Shown one piece after another: positions 34,092 to 42,899 of a stretch of 64,000 nucleotides of DNA; within the stretch, counting starts at the first letter, position 1, and the number at the start of each line of letters is the position of its first letter. The position numbers and the translations under genes were made by a program. The notes below the pieces were generated by a model that saw only the letters and a list, made by a program, of their open reading frames with translations, was not told where the DNA came from and did no database searches. Source of the stretch: a virus; the IMG/VR virus record IMGVR_UViG_3300042013_000056, positions 32,001 through 96,000 of that record, one strand, 5' to 3'.

Positions 34092-34576
34092 ACGATGGTC
34101 CCAGCAATGTTCATTTTGATATCACCCGGAACTAAATGTTCAGCATTTGGATAATTCGGAAGGATGTTCAAGCGATCATTCCAACTGCTACCGGTGCAAC
34201 GCCCACGGTCATGTTCGCGGTTGTAACGCCAAGCCCCATCATCAAACCGGGCACATTCATAACCTTTCAGGAAGGTCAGTTCAATACAAACGACCTTGTT
34301 ACCACTGATGGTCATGAGTTCATCACCGATTTTGAATGGGATAGAACCTTTCATGCCTTTTTCGTGGGTGGTCTTAGCCAAGGCCAGAATCCCACAAATA
34401 GGGCCGGGGAAATCATCACCGGTACGCGGCTTCGACATTGTGCGCAATTTATCAATCGTCACATAACCCAACCCACGGCAGTCTGCACACTCAACAGGGT
34501 TCTTGTTGATGTACTTGTAAATGATTTCACCTTCACCGTGGCAGCAGTCACATTCAAACAGAACTGGATCGGACAT
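34088..34576 (-). CDS. Hypothetical protein with DnaJ-type Zn finger
   Basis: CDCCHGEG ... CADCRGLG. Confidence 0.65.
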   Translation of the reverse strand: MSDPVLFECDCCHGEGEIIYKYINKNPVECADCRGLGYVTIDKLRTMSKPRTGDDFPGPICGILALAKTTHEKGMKGSIPFKIGDELMTISGNKVVCIELTFLKGYECARFDDGAWRYNREHDRGRCTGSSWNDRLNILPNYPNAEHLVPGDIKMNIAGTIV

Positions 34577-34782
34577 TACAATTCTCTTTCTGTCAGAACC
34601 TGATAACCAGATTCATTAATCAATAGTGTTCGCATACAAGGAAGGTCGGGTAATCCGTAAACCCTTATCTGCGCCCGTTTTTCAGATGATAAAGGATGTC
34701 TATCTGTAAAGCAACAGAACCAACCAATTTTGTTCGTGTATTTTCCGCGAAGAATCTTGACCTGATTAGGTACTATCAACAA
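34576..34782 (-). CDS. Small KOW-like protein
   Basis: VKILRGKYTNKIG. Confidence 0.5.
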   Translation of the reverse strand: MLIVPNQVKILRGKYTNKIGWFCCFTDRHPLSSEKRAQIRVYGLPDLPCMRTLLINESGYQVLTEREL

Positions 34783-35474
34783 AATTGATTCTCGGTTGGA
34801 TTTGTATCAATTTTGTTGATACGGTCTTCATCAGCTTTTTTGATCCGTACAACCAGTTGTTCCATTTCAAGGATGTGGTTGTAATCCGAAATCGACAGGA
34901 ACACTTCACCCTGCAAATTAATCAAACTACGCAACGACCCGGTGTAAATCCCATAGAACCGCATCGGACGTGGATACCGTGGTTGATCGTAACCCGGACG
35001 CAGTTCGTGGATCGCCTTGATAGTGATATGTCGCAACAAGACTTCGGTGTCCTGTTCCAACCACCATTCTTTCGGCAGATGCTTCCAGTAGTCTGGGTAC
35101 AATGCTTTCAAATTGGCGGCAATGGCCTTATGGGACTGGTTCAATGCACTATGGTGACGTTTGATGTAAGTGTACGACCGTTTCCACCAGAACATACCGA
35201 TATGACCGATTTCTTCGGTGATATATGGAGACATGATTTTGTTAAAATCAATCTTGTCTTGACCAGAATTGGCATATTCTTGCAGGTTTGCAAAGCGTTT
35301 ACGATCAGCTTCCTTGCGATCAACCACCGCTTGCCTACGTTTTTCATTTTCAATTTCAAGGAGAGAACCAAGCCTGATGTTTTCAACATCGATCACTTTC
35401 AAACACCGCGTAGCTCGACCCGCAATAGTCGAACCAATGACTTTGATAAAACCTTCGGAATGATTCAATTCCAC
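34776..35474 (-). CDS. Hypothetical protein
   Basis: 232-aa co-oriented ORF. Confidence 0.7.
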   Translation of the reverse strand: MELNHSEGFIKVIGSTIAGRATRCLKVIDVENIRLGSLLEIENEKRRQAVVDRKEADRKRFANLQEYANSGQDKIDFNKIMSPYITEEIGHIGMFWWKRSYTYIKRHHSALNQSHKAIAANLKALYPDYWKHLPKEWWLEQDTEVLLRHITIKAIHELRPGYDQPRYPRPMRFYGIYTGSLRSLINLQGEVFLSISDYNHILEMEQLVVRIKKADEDRINKIDTNPTENQFC

Positions 35475-35650
35475 GTTTCCTTCATTTTGGATGGATCAAC
35501 CTGTTTCCAATACGCGTTGTACGCTTTGAAGTAGTCGCTATAGAACAGATCGGCATCATCAGAACCGCAATTGTCCATATAATCGGCCCTTGCCAATGCC
35601 AATTCACTGAACATTTTTTCGACAGTCTTTGGTTCAGGCGTAATGCTCAT
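35465..35650 (-). CDS. Hypothetical protein
   Basis: Start moved to ATG 35650. Confidence 0.58.
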   Translation of the reverse strand: MSITPEPKTVEKMFSELALARADYMDNCGSDDADLFYSDYFKAYNAYWKQVDPSKMKETWN

Positions 35651-35654
35651 TTTG

Positions 35655-35918
35655 TTACCCCAAAGTGATTGTGTAATAGGGAGACGAGCATGGTCGATCT
35701 TCACACTCCCATTTGACGCCAAACCCACGCGTGATCATTGCAGGTTCGAAGTTGGCTCTTGACCAAACAACCCGACTCGAATCAACTCTAATTGGCTTCC
35801 CATCAGATCGTATAAATGATGGTCGAATGTCATCGGTAATCCAAAGATCGATACCCTCACATTTTTGCAGGGATTTCAGTTCATCCTTAATGTGGTTGGC
35901 TGTTACTAATTGCATCAT
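35655..35918 (-). CDS. Hypothetical protein
   Basis: Start moved to ATG 35918. Confidence 0.55.
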   Translation of the reverse strand: MMQLVTANHIKDELKSLQKCEGIDLWITDDIRPSFIRSDGKPIRVDSSRVVWSRANFEPAMITRGFGVKWECEDRPCSSPYYTITLG

Positions 35919-36147
35919 TTGTACTCTTTGTATCGTGGATTGCCACGATGTCTTCGTAAATTTTCTGGCGAGCTTCCAACGATTTGACGTACTCAGTGAT
36001 ATCACCCAATACCATCAAAAGCTGTGGGCCGGATAGTGGCATATTTGGATTAATCAAACCAAGATCAACCCCAGTTTGTGCAATGGATTCCATCAATACA
36101 TTACGTTGATGGATCACATCTTCCAATTTTTCTTGCGTAACGATCAT
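35887..36147 (-). CDS. Hypothetical protein
   Basis: Packed ORF. Confidence 0.6.
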   Translation of the reverse strand: MIVTQEKLEDVIHQRNVLMESIAQTGVDLGLINPNMPLSGPQLLMVLGDITEYVKSLEARQKIYEDIVAIHDTKSTNDAISNSQPH

Positions 36148-36493
36148 TTAACAGGTCCGGTCGTTTGAGTTTGGTTAAATAACGCTCAATCCAACCGAGT
36201 ACATGTAATTGAAGATCGGTCATGTTGTCGCGTGCCATTAAAACTGGAAAGATTGCGAAAATCGCTTCCTTCATGTAGTTCATTGTGTAGTAATTGTCGA
36301 AATCATAACGAACATAATCATGCGTTGCTGCATCATCGGGCATCGTATGATTCCAAATCATCACAAACACATTGTACAGATGATCGGTTGTCATATCTTT
36401 TGGATACAACATTTTCAATGACGAATTACGCCATTGAAAACTGTGGGCCGGAAGCCCACGACCAAAGCCCTTTACCAGTTCTGTTGGCTTCAT
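36101..36493 (-). CDS. Hypothetical protein (F.W...M.T.HL.N motif)
   Basis: Packed ORF. Confidence 0.68.
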   Translation of the reverse strand: MKPTELVKGFGRGLPAHSFQWRNSSLKMLYPKDMTTDHLYNVFVMIWNHTMPDDAATHDYVRYDFDNYYTMNYMKEAIFAIFPVLMARDNMTDLQLHVLGWIERYLTKLKRPDLLNDRYARKIGRCDPST

Positions 36494-36741
36494 CGAATGT
36501 CACTATCTGGGAAACAGGTTTGAGTTGGACTGCTACCTTTTTCACCGCTTTCCGTGATGTAGCAGGTAACTTTATTACGGGTGTCATGCACAACCGCAAA
36601 TACGGTTGAATCATAGGTCACACCTGCATATTGCCGAACTTCTATATCCGCTTCATCGGTTGACTGTTCGGTGTACTTGGTAGTTTCGGCAAAAACGCTA
36701 CCAGACACCGCCAACAGAATCAAAAGAACCCAATATTTCAT
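36490..36741 (-). CDS. Secreted small protein
   Basis: Signal peptide; HD.RNKVTCY...C. Confidence 0.68.
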   Translation of the reverse strand: MKYWVLLILLAVSGSVFAETTKYTEQSTDEADIEVRQYAGVTYDSTVFAVVHDTRNKVTCYITESGEKGSSPTQTCFPDSDIR

Positions 36742-36753
36742 TGTATCAAATCC

Positions 36754-36954
36754 TCAGTTACGTTCGAAGAATGCTTGACTTTCAAGGCGAGCTTGGCTGA
36801 ACCAGACTGCACCGTACTGAGTCACCCAGTAAAATTCGGTGGTTGCATCGATCTTGACGCGTTCACCAGCTTGAAACTGATGGACCACTTCATTACGAGC
36901 GTTCTTAATTTCCAGCGATGTGTTGAGAATGATAAAACTGTAATTCACAGACAC
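36754..36954 (-). CDS. Hypothetical protein
   Basis: Packed ORF. Confidence 0.6.
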   Translation of the reverse strand: MSVNYSFIILNTSLEIKNARNEVVHQFQAGERVKIDATTEFYWVTQYGAVWFSQARLESQAFFERN

Positions 36955-37202
36955 CCCATTTCTTTAGGATTTGTTTTTGGAACCCCAGCTTCGATTTGAG
37001 CCGCGACACACTGATTCTGTTCTGTTACAATAGTATTGACCATTTTGATACCACATGTCAACAACAGAATCACAGCAATTGTGCAAATTGTTGGTGCCGA
37101 ACTGATCAAAACTTGACCAGTTGTCGAGTCGCGGAAGCTTTCCCATGATTGGACCACGGATTTCATGCTTTCACATGGGGATTGATCGACCTTCTGTTCC
37201 AT
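36945..37202 (-). CDS. Membrane-anchored hypothetical protein
   Basis: One hydrophobic helix. Confidence 0.58.
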   Translation of the reverse strand: MEQKVDQSPCESMKSVVQSWESFRDSTTGQVLISSAPTICTIAVILLLTCGIKMVNTIVTEQNQCVAAQIEAGVPKTNPKEMGCL

Positions 37203-37446
37203 TAGTTACACGCCTTTGCTGCTTCGATGGCTGGGGAGCCGTTTTTGACCAGCGACTGAACACAATCTGTTCGAATTCTGGTGGTGTTGAAATTGTACAC
37301 CAGACTCAGAACCAAAATAAACAGTACCGCGTAGATTCCTGCGACCAAATTTGCGTTAGCTTTCATTTCGATCTTCCAATTTTGTTTGAGAACAGAAGCT
37401 TATCACATCAACCACCAGAAATAAACAGTTCTATCAAAATACATCG

Positions 37447-37453
37447 CTAAATA
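37447..37453 (+). promoter_or_regulatory. T4-late-like promoter motif CTAAATA
   Basis: Upstream of the first tailspike; CATAAATA at 40347 and 44952, GATAAATA at 42292 precede the other units. Confidence 0.55.
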
Positions 37454-37487
37454 TAAGATACAATTACCACATCCATTTGGAGTCATA

Positions 37488-40319
37488 ATGGAACTCAAGA
37501 ATTTTTTTGCACAAGATAGCCAAGGTAATGCACAACCAAATGCAACCTGCTATCTATATGCAGTTGGAACAGAAACCATTGTAACTGGCTTGGTTGATGT
37601 GACTGATACACCATTAGCTAACCCATTCAACAGTGACCCATACGGGCTTATTCAGTTTAAAGCTCCGAATGGAATTTATGATCTAAGAGTTGTATCTGGT
37701 GTTAGAGATTACCGCATTAGAGTTCAATGTAACGATCTTAATGAGTCCATTGCCGCTGCTAAGGCAGAGGCTGACCGCGCGCAAGCGATTGTTGACGGGT
37801 TTGATAATGACACTGCATATATTTCATACCCATTTTCATATGTTACAGGTACATCCACATATGATGTAAGAACGATTAGTGGCGAACAAACAACTACAAC
37901 CAATAACATGGGACTTTGGGTTGAAGGTGCAATCGAATTTGATTATGTGATAAATGATGATTTCACATTTACACTGGGTTCGGTATATCCAAATGGTATT
38001 AGCATGCGAATCCTTAGAGGTACTCGCAAATTCTCTGATATCAGTACCCAATTTGCAACCAGAAGTCAACTTGCTGCATCTGATGGTGCTAGTTTGGTAG
38101 GTACACCAATCGGTTTGGACCTTTCAACTACAACAATTTCAGTATCTAATTTGGCTGCATTACGAGCCGCAACTAAACCTGTCATTGCCGCTGGTAGAAC
38201 ACTATCTGTATGGGTATCCAGTCACACCATTGATAATGATGGTGGTGAAGGTATGTGGTATTGGCAAGGGGATAGCAACGAAGTTGATGATAACGCTTTG
38301 GTTGTGGTTCCAAATGGTGCAACTGTTGGTCGCTGGAAACGTGTATTCTCAGATTTCATTAAACCAGAGTGGTTTGGTGCAACTGGATTAGGATTGGTTG
38401 ATGATTCTACCGCAATTGGTAAGTTTTTTGATGCATGTTTGACCTACAGTGTTAAAGGCCGTGGTAAGCCGGGTGCGAAATACAAAATTTCAACTCAAAT
38501 CAGTAAAACACTGGTACAAAATCAAGTCTTGGATATTGATTGGAATGGTTCTACATTGATCCAAGGTGGAAATAACCTTGTACTCAGTTTACTAAACTCA
38601 GCTAATGGGTTGGTGAAGCCAACAACATCAATTACCGAAACATCGGTCAATCTTGGTGACGGTTCGACAAACACTATTGTCATGCAGATTGTAGCTACTG
38701 CACACCCGTTTACTACGGCTGGTGAAATCGGTAAGATTTTTAGCGATGATATCGTGCCAGATTCGGATGGGTCAAATCAGTTTCGTGGAGAATTCTTCAC
38801 GGTTGGTTCAATCATTGATGCAAATACATTTACCACAACTGGTGTGTTCGATGAAACTTATCTAACTAACCCAAAAGTTGTGAAACCATCAAATGCCAAA
38901 GTAGACTTCTCGAATCTATCTGGTGAATCTGTTTGGGTAGATACTACCACATCCAGCTTTATGAACATCCAAGGGTTTTTGTCGCCAAGACTTCAAAAGT
39001 TGTCTGCGAAAAATATTAACGCAGCTTTCTTGAACCTAACAAGTAACTACAAACCATCCGTACAAGGGATCATTGGTAGAAGCTTGAAGAACCGCCCGGA
39101 CTTAGGTGCCTACGGGTATCTGGTTAATGACAGTGCCGGTTTCTATGGTGATATCTCAAGAATCGATTGTGTATTAGCAAGACACGCATATACAACCACA
39201 ACACCAACCAGCACGATTGCAAATGATGACAAATGGTGGCTTCGTGGTAGAACCATTGGTTCTGTAGTAAGCGACAGTACCGCACAGGGATGCGCAAACG
39301 CATTTGATACACACTCACCAGCTTTGCGTATCACATTCGATAACTGCGTGTCTATAGACGACTTCCGTGGGAATGCTACTGGTGGTGCTGGTATTCAAAT
39401 CAGAGCGAATGATTGTCGAGTGATTGACTGTGATGTGACCAACTCTAAAATTGGTGTTGCGCAGAGCGGTGCAAATAAAACCAGTAATGCGACACTAACA
39501 ATTTCCGGTCTTAGATACAGAGGACCGAACGGTCATATACCAGTTGTGGTAAATGGTAGTGCTACATACGAAACCGTTGTTAACTTTGATGATGGGAACA
39601 TTACCACCATCAACGGTGTTGCATTTGATGTTACCAACGCATACTTGAACGTAACAAACACCAAAGTGTCTATGTCACCAGCAATAAATGGTGCATCGGT
39701 AGTTAAACTAAACGCTGGTGGTCGTCTGGATTGGGACAGTGGTAGTGTTTCAATACTCGCAGGTGTTTCACATAAACTAGTAGAACATGCCGAGACTGAT
39801 ACTATCTGTTACATGGACAATGTTAGAGTTCGTGGTGTTACTGGTAGATTGTCATATCTTTCATCATCAGCAGCACAATATGCAATCCAATCTAGATTCC
39901 GTGGAATGCAACTGGACGCTGCTCTACCGGGTGTGCCATTCCTAGGTGTTGAAGCTACGTTGCCTAAAGTATCGGCTGATTATGTTGTTGGGTTTAACTC
40001 AAGACCTATCGGATATCGCGTGTTCACGTTTGGTACGGCTGGTAACCAAACACTGGATTTGCAATTCACTGGTCATGAAAGTGTGTTTGTTCGCATTGAA
40101 GCCACAATTGCTGGTGTTGTTATTAACTCAATCACACAAGGTGCATTCCCCGGCCAGCGATTGATCATAAACAACCGAAATTCATCCACAAGCAGTTTTG
40201 TAATTGCAAACAACTCTAGTGGACTTCTGTTTATGGGCACATCTGCAACACTTACTGCGGGTAGAGGTATCACACTTGTGTGGGACGGTTCGAACTGGCG
40301 TTCTGCTGACATGCATTAA
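37488..40319 (+). CDS. Tailspike/depolymerase with virion-anchor N-terminus (943 aa)
   Basis: MELKNFFAQD anchor, DGGEG..YW head module, PEWFGA.G.G..DD.TAI beta-helix entry, long beta-rich body. Confidence 0.85.
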   Translation: MELKNFFAQDSQGNAQPNATCYLYAVGTETIVTGLVDVTDTPLANPFNSDPYGLIQFKAPNGIYDLRVVSGVRDYRIRVQCNDLNESIAAAKAEADRAQAIVDGFDNDTAYISYPFSYVTGTSTYDVRTISGEQTTTTNNMGLWVEGAIEFDYVINDDFTFTLGSVYPNGISMRILRGTRKFSDISTQFATRSQLAASDGASLVGTPIGLDLSTTTISVSNLAALRAATKPVIAAGRTLSVWVSSHTIDNDGGEGMWYWQGDSNEVDDNALVVVPNGATVGRWKRVFSDFIKPEWFGATGLGLVDDSTAIGKFFDACLTYSVKGRGKPGAKYKISTQISKTLVQNQVLDIDWNGSTLIQGGNNLVLSLLNSANGLVKPTTSITETSVNLGDGSTNTIVMQIVATAHPFTTAGEIGKIFSDDIVPDSDGSNQFRGEFFTVGSIIDANTFTTTGVFDETYLTNPKVVKPSNAKVDFSNLSGESVWVDTTTSSFMNIQGFLSPRLQKLSAKNINAAFLNLTSNYKPSVQGIIGRSLKNRPDLGAYGYLVNDSAGFYGDISRIDCVLARHAYTTTTPTSTIANDDKWWLRGRTIGSVVSDSTAQGCANAFDTHSPALRITFDNCVSIDDFRGNATGGAGIQIRANDCRVIDCDVTNSKIGVAQSGANKTSNATLTISGLRYRGPNGHIPVVVNGSATYETVVNFDDGNITTINGVAFDVTNAYLNVTNTKVSMSPAINGASVVKLNAGGRLDWDSGSVSILAGVSHKLVEHAETDTICYMDNVRVRGVTGRLSYLSSSAAQYAIQSRFRGMQLDAALPGVPFLGVEATLPKVSADYVVGFNSRPIGYRVFTFGTAGNQTLDLQFTGHESVFVRIEATIAGVVINSITQGAFPGQRLIINNRNSSTSSFVIANNSSGLLFMGTSATLTAGRGITLVWDGSNWRSADMH

Positions 40320-40322
40320 TAG

Positions 40323-40346
40323 AAAACCCGGCACATGTGCCGGGTT
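40323..40346. terminator. Terminator hairpin
   Basis: AACCCGGCAC-AT-GTGCCGGGTT. Confidence 0.75.
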
Positions 40347-40380
40347 CATAAATAAAGATTATATGATTGGTAGACAATAA

Positions 40381-42258
40381 ATGACAATAGGTAAAATTAC
40401 ACAGCTAGTTAATTTGGCCAACACAACTGACCCAACACAAGGTGCTGGGATGGTTTCAAACACAACCGGATTGGATTTATCTACCGCCACCATTTCAATA
40501 TCTAACTTGGCGGCGTTGCGAAGCACAACAAAACCAACCGTCAAATCTGGTAGAACACTAACTGCTTGGGTTGCTGGGCATACCACAGATAATGATGGTG
40601 GTGAGGGTATGTGGTGTTGGCATGGTAACAGTAACGAAGTTGATGACAATGCGATGGTTGTTGCTCCGTCTGGTGCTACTGTGGGTCGTTGGAAACGCGT
40701 TGCTGCTGATAGCATTAGACCAGAGTATTTTGGTGCGTTTGGTGACTTTAACTGGACTACACAGACTGGTACAATTTGTACTGTAAATCTACAGAAAATG
40801 TTTAACTGGGCAAATAAGACCGGTGCGGAAATCCACCCAATGGCTGGTAAGAAGTATCTGACCGATACAATTTACTTGTTCTATGACGTGGTATTAAATC
40901 CGGCATGGCCCGGTAGAGGTGGGCGTACCAAGATTGTAGGTCAGGGTAATGGACATGCTACTGGTGCGTTGGAAGACCCCGGCTGTGCGTTTGTTCATGT
41001 CAACGGATCAACCGGACCACTACTGTATGTCAAGGGTATATTCTCAATTGAAAACCCAACTGGTATGGCTGGTTATTTCAGTTTAGAGGACTTCAACCTT
41101 GTTGGTGGTAATCTGAGTTCTGATGTTTTGAAAATTCAGGGTAGTCAAGGTAGCATTTTCCTTAAAAACTATACTGTAAAAGTTCAAAACCCAGCGGGTA
41201 ATGGTATTACAGAATCTACCACTTGGGAAACTATTCATCAGAATGGATTGATTCGTGGTGGTGCAACTGGTTTGGGTAACTGGACTGGTACTCTACTTGA
41301 TATTAAAACCGATGGTACGGCTGGTCAAACCAACATGAAGGTATATATCAACGTAGACTGCTATCGTGGTGGTAACGGTATTCGTATCGGTAGACGTGGA
41401 TCGGTAGAAGGTACATTTGGTCCATTGGTGTTCATTGGTGGGCAAACTTCTAACTCTGATCAGCATGGACTTTGGTTGGACGGTGGTGTTATTGCATTCT
41501 CGTCAATTGGTCAGCAGTTTGAGGGTGGTCAGAAAAACGCAATTAAGATTGATCGTGAATATGCACCGGGACTTCTATCAACTGACCTTGTTCGAAACAT
41601 TAAATTTGAACGCCCATATATTACTGGATGTGGGTTGATTGAGGATGGTACACCAGATAGTTATGCAATTCACGTTGCTAATGGTGATGGTATCTATTTC
41701 GAGGGAATTACATACAACAATATGGGTAACGGCATGGCTGTTAACCAAGAGTTTGTAACAAACTTCAAGAATATTAGTCCGTTGGTTCGTACTGTTCGTA
41801 CATATGGAGCTACTAGTGGTATCGGCAACTATTTCTACGGTGCAGCACAAGCAATTCAGAAATTTGAATGTCGTGACCCTATCTTTAACCAGAACCCAAG
41901 TGTTCAATTTAATGATGCGGCAATCGAGGCATTCAGTCGATATGATGCTGGTGGTTTTATTAGTAATGCTGGGAATACTGTACCAAGCATTTCTTTGGGT
42001 GGGACATATGGTTCTATGCCAGTGCATCAGCTTAACTTTAACAACCCAACACCACTAACAGTTACTAACATTACTGGTGGTCGATCTAGACAACATCTGT
42101 TGATCACATTCTCAAACACCGTTACAACTATTGCAAGTAACTCGAATATCAGATTGGTTGGTGGGGCTGCATTTACACCTACATCACAATATTCGACACT
42201 AACATTGCATTATGATGGTGTTGTATGGCGAGAAGTTACCAGATCACAAAACGCATAA
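40381..42258 (+). CDS. Tailspike/depolymerase without anchor domain (625 aa)
   Basis: Shares an about 90-aa head module with 37488 ORF; PEYFGA then beta-helix. Confidence 0.85.
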   Translation: MTIGKITQLVNLANTTDPTQGAGMVSNTTGLDLSTATISISNLAALRSTTKPTVKSGRTLTAWVAGHTTDNDGGEGMWCWHGNSNEVDDNAMVVAPSGATVGRWKRVAADSIRPEYFGAFGDFNWTTQTGTICTVNLQKMFNWANKTGAEIHPMAGKKYLTDTIYLFYDVVLNPAWPGRGGRTKIVGQGNGHATGALEDPGCAFVHVNGSTGPLLYVKGIFSIENPTGMAGYFSLEDFNLVGGNLSSDVLKIQGSQGSIFLKNYTVKVQNPAGNGITESTTWETIHQNGLIRGGATGLGNWTGTLLDIKTDGTAGQTNMKVYINVDCYRGGNGIRIGRRGSVEGTFGPLVFIGGQTSNSDQHGLWLDGGVIAFSSIGQQFEGGQKNAIKIDREYAPGLLSTDLVRNIKFERPYITGCGLIEDGTPDSYAIHVANGDGIYFEGITYNNMGNGMAVNQEFVTNFKNISPLVRTVRTYGATSGIGNYFYGAAQAIQKFECRDPIFNQNPSVQFNDAAIEAFSRYDAGGFISNAGNTVPSISLGGTYGSMPVHQLNFNNPTPLTVTNITGGRSRQHLLITFSNTVTTIASNSNIRLVGGAAFTPTSQYSTLTLHYDGVVWREVTRSQNA

Positions 42259-42261
42259 ATT

Positions 42262-42286
42262 AAACCCGGCCATGTGCCGGGTTTTT
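42262..42286 (+). terminator. Terminator, near-copy of 40323
   Basis: AAACCCGGC-CATGT-GCCGGGTTTTT. Confidence 0.8.
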
Positions 42287-42332
42287 ACGTTGATAAATAA
42301 AGAATATAACTAATAATCCATTTGGAGTCATA

Positions 42333-42899
42333 ATGGAACTCAAAAATTATTTTGCTCAAGATGCGGAAGGTAATGCGCAACCAAATGCAACTTGCTACCT
42401 GTATAACGCGGATACAACAAATCTTGCAAATGGATTGGTAGACGCGGATAACCAACCACTTACCAACCCATTTATCAGTAACGATTATGGTCTTATCCAA
42501 TTCAAAGCACCAAATGGTTTGTATGATCTTCGTGTAATTTCCGGGGTTCGAGATTACAAGATTCGTGTGCAGGCTGCTGATGCTTCCGAGTTAATTGGTG
42601 GTATTGCCGATGCGGTAGCGGCTGCCGAAGTCGCAACTGATGCCGCTAACAACGCAACAGCCAAATCTCAAATCGCAACAGATTCCGCTGATAATGCCGT
42701 TAATGCGCGGGATGCGGCTGAATCATATGCAGTTAGCGTATTAACATCAGTTAGTGAAGTTCAGCTTCTTACAATTCAGGCTCAACAAGCCGCTCTGGAC
42801 GCTGGTAACGCTGCGCAAATCAAAGTGGATGCACTAGCAAATACACCATTCAATTTCACCGCTCTAACAGCGATTGAACGCAAAGGAATTCGCCAATGA
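42333..42899 (+). CDS. Stand-alone tailspike anchor/adaptor with Ala-rich coiled coil
   Basis: First 80 aa 58/80 identical to 37488 ORF; ATGA overlap with next gene. Confidence 0.8.
   Translation: MELKNYFAQDAEGNAQPNATCYLYNADTTNLANGLVDADNQPLTNPFISNDYGLIQFKAPNGLYDLRVISGVRDYKIRVQAADASELIGGIADAVAAAEVATDAANNATAKSQIATDSADNAVNARDAAESYAVSVLTSVSEVQLLTIQAQQAALDAGNAAQIKVDALANTPFNFTALTAIERKGIRQ

Noticed and set aside
42880-42899. Programmed frameshift fusing adaptor and lyase
   Set aside because: No slippery heptamer before the stop; ordinary ATGA translational coupling suffices
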